A DNA stretch of 64,000 bases from Eledone cirrhosa (taxonomy: Eukaryota): the NCBI GenBank assembly GCA_964016885.1, contig OZ024744.1, positions 15,438,001 to 15,502,000 of the forward strand, read 5' to 3'. The notes under the pieces are model-generated. The model was not told where the DNA came from. It saw only the letters and a program-made list of their open reading frames with translations, and searched no databases. Made by a program: the position numbers and the translations under genes. Within the stretch, counting starts at the first letter, position 1. Each line of letters starts with the position of its first letter. Below, one piece after another: positions 44,693-58,398 of the stretch.

Positions 44693-45906
44693 TACACACT
44701 CTCCCACAAAAGTCCACCCATTCCCACAAGTAATGGCAAATGTCCAATACTCTCTCACATATACACACTCTCTCTCTCACATACACACTCTCCCACAAAA
44801 GTCCACCCATTCCCACAAGTAATGGCAAATGTCCAAAACTCTCTCACATATACACTCTCTCTCTCTCACATACACACTCTCCCACAAAAGTCCACCCATT
44901 CCCACAATTAATGGCAAATGTCCAAAACTCTCTCACATATACACTCTCTCTCCCTCTCACATACACACTCTCCCACAAAAGTCCACCCATTCCCACAAGT
45001 AATGGCAAATGTCCAAAACTCTCTCACATATACACTCTCTCTCTCTCTCACATACACACTCTCCCACAAAAGTCCACCCATTCCCACAAGTAATGGCAAA
45101 TGTCCAAAACTCTCTCACATATACACTCTCTCTCTCTCACATACACACTCTCCCACAAAAGTCCACCCATTCCCACTAGTAATGGCAAATGTCCAAAACT
45201 CTCTCACATATACACTCTCTCTCTCTCTCACATACACACTCTCCCACAAAAGTCCACCCATTCCCACTAGTAATGGCAAATGTCCAAAACTCTCTCACAT
45301 ACACACTCTCCCACAAAAGTCCACCCATTCCCACAAGTAATGGCAAGTGTCCAAAACTCTCTCACATATACACTCTCTCTCTCTCACATACACACTCTCC
45401 CACAAAAGTCCACCCATTCCCACAAGTAATGGCAAATATCCAAAACTCTCTCACATATACACTCTCTCTCTCTCACATACACACTCTCCCACAAAAGTCC
45501 ACCCATTCCCACAAGTAATGACAAATGTCCAAAACTCTCTCACATATACACTCTCTCTCTCTCACATACACACTCTCCCACAAAAGTCCACCCATTCCCA
45601 CAAGTAATGGCAAATGTCCAAAACTCCCTCACATATACACTCTCTCTCTCTCACATACACACTCTCCCACAAAAGTCCACCCATTCCCACAAGTAATGGC
45701 AAATGTCCAATACTCTCTCACATATACACACTCTCTCTCTCTCACATACACACTCTCCCACAAAAGTCCACCCATTCCCACAAGTAATGGCAAATGTCCA
45801 AAACTCTCTCACATATACACTCTCTCTCTCTCACATACACACTCTCCCACAAAAGTCCACCCATTCCAACAAGTAATGGCAAATGTCCAAAACTCTCTCA
45901 CATATG

Positions 45907-45946
<40 letters not shown>

Positions 45947-46770
45947 TACACACTCTCCCACAAAAGTCCACCCATTCCCACAAGTAATGGCAAATGTCCA
46001 ATACTCTCTCACATATACACACTCTCTCTCTCACATACACACTCTCCCACAAAAGTCCACCCATTCCCACAAGTAATGGCAAATGTCCAAAACTCTCTCA
46101 CATATACACTCTCTCTCTCTCACATACACACTCTCCCACAAAAGTCCACCCATTCCCACAATTAATGGCAAATGTCCAAAACTCTCTCACATATACACTC
46201 TCTCTCCCTCTCACATACACACTCTCCCACAAAAGTCCACCCATTCCCACAAGTAATGGCAAATGTCCAAAACTCTCTCACATATACACTCTCTCTCTCT
46301 CTCACATACACACTCTCCAACAAAAGTCCACCCATTCCCACAAGTAATGGCAAATGTCCAAAACTCTCTCACATATACACTCTCTCTCTCTCACATACAC
46401 ACTCTCCCACAAAAGTCCACCCATTCCCACTAGTAATGGCAAATGTCCAAAACTCTCTCACATATACACTCTCTCTCTCTCTCACATACACACTCTCCCA
46501 CAAAAGTCCACCCATTCCCACTAGTAATGGCAAATGTCCAAAACTCTCTCACATACACACTCTCCCACAAAAGTCCACCCATTCCCACAAGTAATGGCAA
46601 ATATCCAAAACTCTCTCACATATACACTCTCTCTCTCTCACATACACACTCTCCCACAAAAGTCCACCCATTCCCACAAGTAATGACAAATGTCCAAAAC
46701 TCTCTCACATATACACTCTCTCTCTCTCACATACACACTCTCCCACAAAAGTCCACCCATTCCCACAAGT
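40540..46770 (+). repeat. Less perfect tandem duplication, ~3120-bp period
   Basis: ORFs at 40776/43895 (+3119), 41615/44740 and 43318/46443 (+3125). Variant order is the same, but the second copy lacks the private SNPs of the 4-kb unit. Confidence 0.8.
44637..44686 (+). repeat. (CT)25 microsatellite expansion in a CATATGCA-type monomer
   Basis: 50 bp of pure CT following CATATGCA. The monomer is 129 bp (44611 to 44740). Confidence 0.93.
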
Positions 46771-49700
46771 AATGGCAAATGTCCAATACTCTCTCACATA
46801 TACACACTCTCTCTCTCACATACACACTCTCCCACAAAAGTCCACCCATTCCCACAAGTAATGGCAAATGTCCAAAACTCTCTCACATATACACTCTCTC
46901 TCCCTCTCACATACACACTCTCCCACAAAAGTCCACCCATTCCCACAAGTAATGGCAAATGTCCAAAACTCTCTCACATATACACTCTCTCTCTCTCTCA
47001 CATACACACTCTCCCACAAAAGTCCACCCATTCCCACAAGTAATGGCAAATGTCCAAAACTCTCTCACATACACACTCTCCCACAAAAGTCCACCTATTC
47101 CCACAAGTAATGGCAAATGTCCAAAACTCTCTCACATATACACTCTCTCTCTCTCACATACACACTCTCCCACAAAAGTCCACCCATTCCCACTAGTAAT
47201 GGCAAATGTCCAAAACTCTCTCACATATACACTCTCTCTCTCTCTCTCACATACACACTCTCCCACAAAAGTCCACCCATTCCCACAAGTAATGGCAAAT
47301 GTCCAAAACTCTCTCACATACACACTCTCCCACAAGAGTCCACCCATTCCCACAAGTAGTGGCAAATGTCCAAAACTCTCTCACATCTACACTCTCTCTC
47401 TCTCTCACATACACACTCTCCCACAAAAGTCCACCCATTCTCACAAGTAATGGCAAATGTCTAAAACTCTCTCACATATACACTCTCTCTCTCTCTCACA
47501 TACACACTCTCCCACAAAAGTCCACCCATTCCCACAAGTAATGGCAAATGTCCAAAACTCTCTCACATATACATTCTCTCTCTCTCTCACATACACACTC
47601 TCCCACAAAAGTCCACGCATTCCCACAAGTAATGGCAAATGTCCAAAACTCTCTCACATATACACTCTCTCTCTCTCACATACACACTCTCCCACAAAAG
47701 TCCACCCATTCCAACAAGTAATGGCAAATGTCCAAAACTCTCTCACATATACACTCTCTCTCTCTCTCTCTCTCTCTCACACATACACACTCTCCCACAA
47801 AAGTCCACCCATTCCCACAAGTAATGGCAAATGTCCAATACTCTCTCACATATACACACTCTCTCTCTCACATACACACTCTCCCACAAAAGTCCACCCA
47901 TTCCCACAAGTAATGGCAAATGTCCAAAACTCTCTCACATATACACTCTCTCTCTCTCACATACACACTCTCCCACAAAAGTCCACCCATTCCCACAATT
48001 AATGGCAAATGTCCAAAACTCACTCACATATACACTCTCTCTCCCTCTCACATACACACTCTCCCACAAAAGTCCACCCATTCCCACAAGTAATGGCAAA
48101 TGTCCAAAACTCTCTCACATATACACTCTCTCTCTCTCTCACATACACACTCTCCCACAAAAGTCCACCCATTCCCACAAGTAATGGCAAATGTCCAAAA
48201 CTCTCTCACATACACACTCTCCCACAAAAGTGCACCTATTCCCACAAGTAATGGCAAATGTCCAAAACTCTCTCACATATACACTCTCTCTCTCTCACAT
48301 ACACACTCTCCCACAAAAGTCCACCCATTCCCACTAGTAATGGCAAATGTCCAAAACTCTCTCACATATACACTCTCTCTCTCTCTCACATACACACTCT
48401 CCCACAAAAGTCCACCCATTCCCACAAGTAATGGCAAATGTCCAAAACTCTCTCACATACACACTCTCCCACAAAAGTCCACCCATTCCCACAAGTAGTG
48501 GCAAATGTCCAAAACTCTCTCACATCTACACTCTCTCTCTCTCACATACACACTCTCCCACAAAAGTCCACCCATTCTCACAAGTAATGGCAAATGTCCA
48601 AAACTCTCTCACATATACACACTCTCTCTCTCTCACATACACACTCTCCCACAAAAGTCCACCCATTCCCACAAGTAATGGCAAATGTCCAAAACTCTCT
48701 CACATATACACTCTCTCTCTCTCTCACATACACACTCTCCCACAAAAGTCCACCCATTCCCACAAGTAATGGCAAATGTCCAAAACTCTCTCACATATAC
48801 ACTCTCTCTCTCTCACATACACACTCTCCCATAAAAGTCCACCCATTCCAACAAGTAATGGCAAATGTCCAAAACTCTCTCACATATACACTCTCTCTCT
48901 CTCTCTCTCACATACACACTCTCCCACAAAAGTCCACCCATTCCCACAAATAATGGCAAATGTCTAAAACTCTCTCACATATACACTCTCTCTCTCTCAC
49001 ATACACTCTCCCACAAAGGTCCACCCATTCCCACTAGTAATGGCAAATGTCCAAAATTCTCTCACATATACACTCTCTCTCACATACACACTCTCCCACA
49101 AAAGTCCACCCATTCCCACAAGTAATGGCAAATGTCCAAAACTCTCTCACATATACACTCTCTCTCTCTCACATACACACTCTCCCACAAAAGTCCACCC
49201 ATTCCCACAAGTAATGGCAAATGTCCAAAACTCTCTCACATATACACTCTCTCTCTCTCTCACATACACACTCTCCCACAAAAGTCCACCCATTCCCACA
49301 AGTAGTGGCAAATGTCCAAAACTCTCTCACATATACACTCTCTCACATACACACTCTCCCACAAAAGTCCACCCATTCCCACAAGTAATGGCAAATGTCC
49401 AAAACTCTCTCACATATACACTCTCTCTCTCTCTCACATACACACTCTCCCACAAAAGTCCACCCATTCCCACAAGTAATGGCAAATGTCCAAAACTCTC
49501 TCACATATACACTCTCTCTCTCTCACATACACACTCTCACACAAAAGTCCACCCATTCCCACAAGTAATGGCAAATGTCCAAAACTCTCTCACATATACA
49601 TTCTCTCTCTCTCTCTCACATACACACTCTCCCACAAAAGTCCACCCATTCCCACAAGTAATGGCAAGTGTCCAAAACTCTCTCACATATACACTCTCTC

Positions 49701-49779
49701 TCTCTCACATACACACTCTCCCACAAAAGTCCACCCATTCCCACAAGTAATGGCAAATATCCAAAACTCTCTCACATAT

Positions 49780-51204
49780 ACACTCTCTCTCTCTCACATA
49801 CACACTCTCCCACAAAAGTCCACCCATTCCCACAAGTAATGACAAATGTCCAAAACTCTCTCACATATACACTCTCTCTCTCTCACATACACACTCTCCC
49901 ACAAAAGTCCACCCATTCCCACAAGTAATGGCAAATGTCCAAAACTCTCTCACATATACACTCTCTCTCTCTCACATACACACTCTCCCACAAAAGTCCA
50001 CCCATTCCCACAAGTAATGGCAAATGTCCAATACTCTCTCACATATACACACTCTCTCTCTCACATACACACTCTCCCACAAAAGTCCACCCATTCCCAC
50101 AAGTAATGGCAAATGTCCAAAACTCTCACACATATACACTCTCTCTCTCTCACATACACACTCTCCCACAAAAGTCCACCCATTCCAACAAGTAATGGCA
50201 AATGTCCAAAACTCTCTCACATATGCACTCTCTCTCTCTCTCTCTCTCTCACACACATACACACTCTCCCACAAAAGTCCACCCATTCCCACAAGTAATG
50301 GCAAATGTCCAATACTCTCTCACATATACACACTCTCTCTCTCACATACACACTCTCCCACAAAAGTCCACCCATTCCCACAAGTAATGGCAAATGTCCA
50401 AAACTCTCTCACATATACACTCTCTCTCTCTCACATACACACTCTCCCACAAAAGTCCACCCATTCCCACAATTAATGGCAAATGTCCAAAACTCTCTCA
50501 CATATACACTCTCTCTCCCTCTCACATACACACTCTCCCACAAAAGTCCACCCATTCCCACAAGTAATGGCAAATGTCCAAAACTCTCTCACATATACAC
50601 TCTCTCTCTCTCACATACACACTCTCCCACAAAAGTCCACCCATTCCCACTAGTAATGGCAAATGTCCAAAACTCTCTCACATATACACTCTCTCTCTCT
50701 CTCACATACACACTCTCCCACAAAAGTCCACCCATTCCCACAAGTAATGGCAAATGTCCAAAACTCTCTCACATACACACTCTCCCACAAAAGTCCACCC
50801 ATTCCCACAAGTAGTGGCAAATGTCCAAAACTCTCTCACATCTACACTCTCTCTCTCTCACATACACACTCTCCCACAAAAGTCCACCCATTCTCACAAG
50901 TAATGGCAAATGTCCAAAACTCTCTCACATATACACTCTCTCTCTCTCTCACATACACACTCTCCCACAAAAGTCCACCCATTCCCACAAGTAATGGCAA
51001 ATGTCCAAAACTCTCTCACATATACACTCTCTCTCTCTCTCACATACACACTCTCCCACAAAAGTCCACCCATTCCCACAAGTAATGGCAAATGTCCAAA
51101 ACTCTCTCACATATACACTCTCTCTCTCTCACATACACACTCTCCCACAAAAGTCCACCCATTCCAATAAGTAATGGCAAATGTCCAAAACTCTCTCACA
51201 TATA

Positions 51205-51246
<42 letters not shown>

Positions 51247-54200
51247 TACACACTCTCCCACAAAAGTCCACCCATTCCCACAAGTAATGGCAAATGTCCA
51301 ATACTCTCTCACATATACACACTCTCTCTCTCACATACACACTCTCCCACAAAAGTCCACCCATTCCCACAAGTAATGGCAAATGTCCAAAACTCTCTCA
51401 CATATACACTCTCTCTCTCTCACATACACACTCTCCCACAAAAGTCCACCCATTCCCACAATTAATGGCAAATGTCCAAAACTCTCTCACATATACACTC
51501 TCTCTCCCTCTCACATACACACTCTCCCACAAAAGTCCACCCATTCCCACAAGTAATGGCAAATGTCCAAAACTCTCTCACATATACACTCTCTCTCTCT
51601 CTCACATACACACTCTCCCACAAAAGTCCACCCATTCCCACAAGTAATGGCAAATGTCCAAAACTCTCTCACATATACACTCTCTCTCTCTCTCTCTCAC
51701 TCTCTCTCTCTCTCACTCTCTCTCTCTCTCACATACACACTCTCCCACAAAAGTCCACCCATTCCCACAAGTAATGGCAAATGTCCAAAACTCTCTCACA
51801 TATACACTCTCTCTCACATACACACTCTCCCACAAAAGTCCACCCATTCCCACAAGTAATGGCAAATGTCCAAAACTCTCTCACATATACACTCTCTCTC
51901 TCTCACATACACACTCTCCCACAAAAGTCCACCCATTCCCACAAGTAATGGCAAATGTCCAAAACTCTCTCACATATACACTCTCTCTCTCTCTCACATA
52001 CACACTCTCCCACAAAAGTCCACCCATTCCCACAAGTAATGGCAAATGTCCAAAACTCTCTCACATACACACTCTCCCACAAAAGTCCACCCATTCCCAC
52101 AAGTAGTGGCAAATGTCCAAAACTCTCTCACATATACACTCTCTCTCTCACATACACACTCTCCCACAAAAGTCCACCCATTCCCACAAGTAATGGCAAA
52201 TGTCCAAAACTCTCTCACATATACACTCTCTCTCTCTCTCACATACACACTCTCCCACAAAAGTCCACCCATTCCCACAAGTAATGGCAAATGTCCAAAA
52301 CTCTCTCACATATACACTCTCTCTCTCTCACATACACACTCTCCCACAAAAGTCCACCCATTCCCACAAGTAATGGCAAATGTCCAAAACTCTCTCACAT
52401 ATACACTCTCTCTCTCTCTCTCACATACACACTCTCCCACAAAAGTCCACCCATTCCCACAAGTAATGGCAAGTGTCCAAAACTCTCTCACATATACACT
52501 CTCTCTCTCTCACATACACACTCTCCCACAAAAGTCCAGCCATTCCCACAAGTAATGGCAAATATCCAAAACTCTCTCACATATACACTCTCTCTCTCTC
52601 ACATACACACTCTCCCACAAAAGTCCACCCATTCCCACAAGTAATGACAAATGTCCAAAACTCTCTCACATATACACTCTCTCTCTCTCACATACACACT
52701 CTCCCACAAAAGTCCACCCATTCCCACAAGTAATGGCAAATGTCCAAAACTCTCTCACATATACACTCTCTCTCTCTCACATACACACTCTCCCACAAAA
52801 GTCCACCCATTCCCACAAGTAATGGCAAATGTCCAATACTCTCTCACATATACACACTCTCTCTCTCACATACACACTCTCCCACAAAAGTCCACCCATT
52901 CCCACAAGTAATGGCAAATGTCCAAAACTCTCTCACATATACACTCTCTCTCCCTCTCACATACACACTCTCCCACAAAAGTCCACCCATTCCCACAAGT
53001 AATGGCAAATATCCAAAACTCTCACATATACACTCTCTCTCTCTCTCTCACATACACACTCTCCCACAAAAGTCCACCCATTCCCACAAGTAATGGAAAA
53101 TGTCCAAAACTGTCTCACATATACACTCTCTCTCACATACACACTCTCCCACAAAAGTCCACCCATTCCCACAAGTAATGGCAAAAGTCCAAAACTCTCT
53201 CACATATACACTCTCTCTCTCTCACATACACACTCTCCCACAAAAGTCCACCCATTCCCACAAGTAATGGCAAATGTCCAAAACTCTCTCACATATACAC
53301 ACTCTCTCTCTCACATAACACTCTCCCACAAAAGTCCACCCATTCCCACTAGTAATGGCAAATGTCCAAAACTCTCTCACATATACACTCTCTCTCACAT
53401 ACACACTCTCCCACAAAAGTCCACCCATTCCCACAAGTAATGGCAAATGTCCAAAACTCTCTCACATATACACTCTCTCTCTCTCTCACATACACACTCT
53501 CCCACAAAAGTCCACCCATTCCCACAAGTAATGGCAAATGTCCAAAACTCTCTCACATATACACTCTCTCTCTCTCTCACATACACACTCTCCCACAAAA
53601 GTCCACCCATTCCCACAAGTAATGGCAAATGTCCAAAACTCTCTCACATACACACTCTCCCACAAAAGTCCACCCATTCCCACAAGTAGTGGCAAATGTC
53701 CAAAACTCTCTCACATATATACTCTCTCTCTCTCACATACACACTCTCCCACAAAAGTCCACCCATTTTCACAAGTAATGGCAAATGTCCAAAACTCTCT
53801 CACATATACACTCTCTCTCTCTCTCACATACACACTCTCCCACAAAATTCCACCCATTCCCACAAGTAATGGCAAATGTCCAAAACTATCTCACATATAC
53901 ACTCTCTCTCTCTCACATACACACTCTCCCACAAAAGTCCACCCATTCCCACAAGTAATGGCAAATGTCCAAAACTCTCTCACATATACACTCTCTCTCT
54001 CTCTCTCTCTCTCTCACATACACACTCTCCCACAAAAGTCCACCCATTCCCACAAGTAATGGCCAATGTCCAAAACTCTCTCACATATACACACTCTCTC
54101 TCTCACATACACACTCTCCCACAAAAGTCCACCCATTCCCACAAGTAATGGCAAATATCCAAAACTCTCTCACATATACACTCTCTCTCTCTCACATACA

Positions 54201-57200
54201 CACTCTCCCACAAAAGTCCACCCATTCCCACAAGTAATGGCAAATATCCAAAACTCTCACATATACACTCTCTCTCTCTCTCTCACATACACACTCTCCC
54301 ACAAAAGTCCACCCATTCCCACAAGTAATGGAAAATGTCCAAAACTGTCTCACATATACACTCTCTCTCACATACACACTCTCCCACAAAAGTCCACCCA
54401 TTCCCACAAGTAATGGCAAAAGTCCAAAACTCTCTCACATATACACTCTCTCTCTCTCACATACACACTCTGCCACAAAAGTCCACCCATTCTCACAAGT
54501 AATGGCAAATGTCCAAAACTCTCTCACATATACACTCTCTCTCTCTCACATAACACTCTCCCACAAAAGTCCACCCATTCCCACTAGTAATGGCAAATGT
54601 CCAAAACTCTCTCACATATACACTCTCTCTCACATACACACTCTCCCACAAAAGTCCACCCATTCCCACAAGTAATGGCAAATGTCCAAAACTCTCTCAC
54701 ATATACACTCTCTCTCTCTCACATACACACTCTCCCACAAAAGTCCACCCATTCCCACAAGTAATGGCAAATGTCCAAAACTCTCTCACATATACACTCT
54801 CTCTCTCTCACATAACACTCTCCCACAAAAGTCCACCCATTCCCACTAGTAATGGCAAATGTCCAAAACTCTCTCACATATACACTCTCTCTCACATACA
54901 CACTCTCCCACAAAAGTCCACCCATTCCCACAAGTAATGGCAAATGTCCAAAACTCTCTCACATATACACTCTCTCTCTCTCACATACACACTCTCCCAC
55001 AAAAGTCCACCCATTCCCACAAGTAATGGCAAATGTCCAAAACTCTCTCACATATACACTCTCTCTCTCTCTCACATACACACTCTCCCACAAAAGTCCA
55101 CCCATTCCCACAAGTAATGGCAAATGTCCAAAACTCTCTCACATACACACTCTCCCACAAAAGTCCACCCATTCCCACAAGTAGTGGCAAATGTCCAAAA
55201 CTCTCTCACATATATACTCTCTCTCTCTCACATACACACTCTCCCACAAAAGTCCACCCATTTTCACAAGTAATGGCAAATGTCCAAAACTCTCTCACAT
55301 ATACACTCTCTCTCTCTCTCACATACACACTCTCCCACAAAATTCCACCCATTCCCACAAGTAATGGCAAATGTCCAAAACTATCTCACATATACACTCT
55401 CTCTCTCTCACATACACACTCTCCCACAAAAGTCCACCCATTCCCACAAGTAATGGCAAATGTCCAAAACTCTCTCACATATACACTCTCTCTCTCTCTC
55501 TCTCTCTCACATACACACTCTCCCACAAAAGTCCACCCATTCCCACAAGTAATGGCAAATATCCAAAACTCTCTCACATATACACTCTCTCTCTCTCACA
55601 TACACACTCTCCCACAAAAGTCCACCCATTCCCACAAGTAATGGCAAATATCCAAAACTCTCACATATACACTCTCTCTCTCTCTCTCACATACACACTC
55701 TCCCACAAAAGTCCACCCATTCCCACAAGTAATGGAAAATGTCCAAAACTGTCTCACATATACACTCTCTCTCACATACACACTCTCCCACAAAAGTCCA
55801 CCCATTCCCACAAGTAATGGCAAAAGTCCAAAACTCTCTCACATATACACTCTCTCTCTCTCACATACACACTCTCCCACAAAAGTCCACCCATTCTCAC
55901 AAGTAATGGCAAATGTCCAAAACTCTCTCACATATACACTCTCTCTCTCTCTCACATACACACTCTCCCATAAAAGTCCACCCATTCCCACAAGTAATGG
56001 CAAATGTCCAAAACTCTCTTACATATACACTCTCTCTCTCTCACATAACACTCTCCCACAAAAGTCCACCCATTCCCACTAGTAATGGCAAATGTCCAAA
56101 ACTCTCTCACATATACACTCTCTCTCACATACACACTCTCCCACAAAAGTCCACCCATTCCCACAAGTAATGGCAAATGTCCAAAACTCTCTCACATATA
56201 CACTCTCTCTCTCTCACATACACACTCTCCCACAAAAGTCCACCCATTCCCACAAGTAATGGCAAATGTCCAAAACTCTCTCACATATACACTCTCTCTC
56301 TCTCTCACATACACACTCTCCCACAAAAGTCCACCCATTCCCACAAGTAATGGCAAATGTCCAAAACTCTCTCACATACACACTCTCCCACAAAAGTCCA
56401 CCCATTCCCACAAGTAGTGGCAAATGTCCAAAACTCTCTCACATATATACTCTCTCTCTCTCACATACACACTCTCCCACAAAAGTCCACCCATTTTCAC
56501 AAGTAATGGCAAATGTCCAAAACTCTCTCACATATACACTCTCTCTCTCTCTCACATACACACTCTCCCACAAAATTCCACCCATTCCCACAAGTAATGG
56601 CAAATGTCCAAAACTATCTCACATATACACTCTCTCTCTCTCACATACACACTCTCCCACAAAAGTCCACCCATTCCCACAAGTAATGGCAAATGTCCAA
56701 AACTCTCTCACATATACACTCTCTCTCTCTCTCTCTCTCTCTCACATACACACTCTCCCACAAAAGTCCACCCATTCCCACTAGTAATGGCAAATGTCCA
56801 AAACTCTCTCACATATACACTCTCTCTCTCTCTCACATACACACTCTCCCACAAAAGTCCACCCATTCCCACAAGTAATGGCAAATGTCCAAAACTCTCT
56901 CACATATACACTCTCTCTCTCTCTCTCTCTCACTCTCTCTCTCTCTCACATACACACTCTCCCACAAAAGTCCACCCATTCCCACAAGTAATGACAAATG
57001 TCCAAAACTCTCTCACATATACACTCTCTCTCTCTCACATACACACTCTCCCACAAAAGTCCACCCATTCCCACAAGTAATGGCAAATGTCCAAAACTCT
57101 CTCACATATACACTCTCTCTCTCTCACATACACACTCTCCCACAAAAGTCCACCCATTCCCACAAGTAATGGCAAATGTCCAATACTCTCTCACATATAC

Positions 57201-58356
57201 ACACTCTCTCTCTCACATACACACTCTCCCACAAAAGTCCACCCATTCCCACAAGTAATGGCAAATGTCCAAAACTCTCACACATATACACTCTCTCTCT
57301 CTCACATACACACTCTCCCACAAAAGTCCACCCATTCCAACAAGTAATGGCAAATGTCCAAAACTCTCTCACATATGCACTCTCTCTCTCTCTCTCTCTC
57401 TCACACACATACACACTCTCCCACAAAAGTCCACCCATTCCCACAAGTAATGGCAAATGTCCAATACTCTCTCACATATACACACTCTCTCTCTCACATA
57501 CACACTCTCCCACAAAAGTCCACCCATTCCCACAAGTAATGGCAAATGTCCAAAACTCTCTCACATATACACTCTCTCTCTCTCACATACACACTCTCCC
57601 ACAAAAGTCCACCCATTCCCACAATTAATGGCAAATGTCCAAAACTCTCTCACATATACACTCTCTCTCCCTCTCACATACACACTCTCCCACAAAAGTC
57701 CACCCATTCCCACAAGTAATGGCAAATGTCCAAAACTCTCTCACATATACACTCTCTCTCTCTCACATACACACTCTCCCACAAAAGTCCACCCATTCCC
57801 ACTAGTAATGGCAAATGTCCAAAACTCTCTCACATATACACTCTCTCTCTCTCTCACATACACACTCTCCCACAAAAGTCCACCCATTCCCACAAGTAAT
57901 GGCAAATGTCCAAAACTCTCTCACATACACACTCTCCCACAAAAGTCCACCCATTCCCACAAGTAGTGGCAAATGTCCAAAACTCTCTCACATCTACACT
58001 CTCTCTCTCTCACATACACACTCTCCCACAAAAGTCCACCCATTCTCACAAGTAATGGCAAATGTCCAAAACTCTCTCACATATACACTCTCTCTCTCTC
58101 TCACATACACACTCTCCCACAAAAGTCCACCCATTCCCACAAGTAATGGCAAATGTCCAAAACTCTCTCACATATACACTCTCTCTCTCTCTCACATACA
58201 CACTCTCCCACAAAAGTCCACCCATTCCCACAAGTAATGGCAAATGTCCAAAACTCTCTCACATATACACTCTCTCTCTCTCACATACACACTCTCCCAC
58301 AAAAGTCCACCCATTCCAATAAGTAATGGCAAATGTCCAAAACTCTCTCACATATA

Positions 58357-58398
<42 letters not shown>

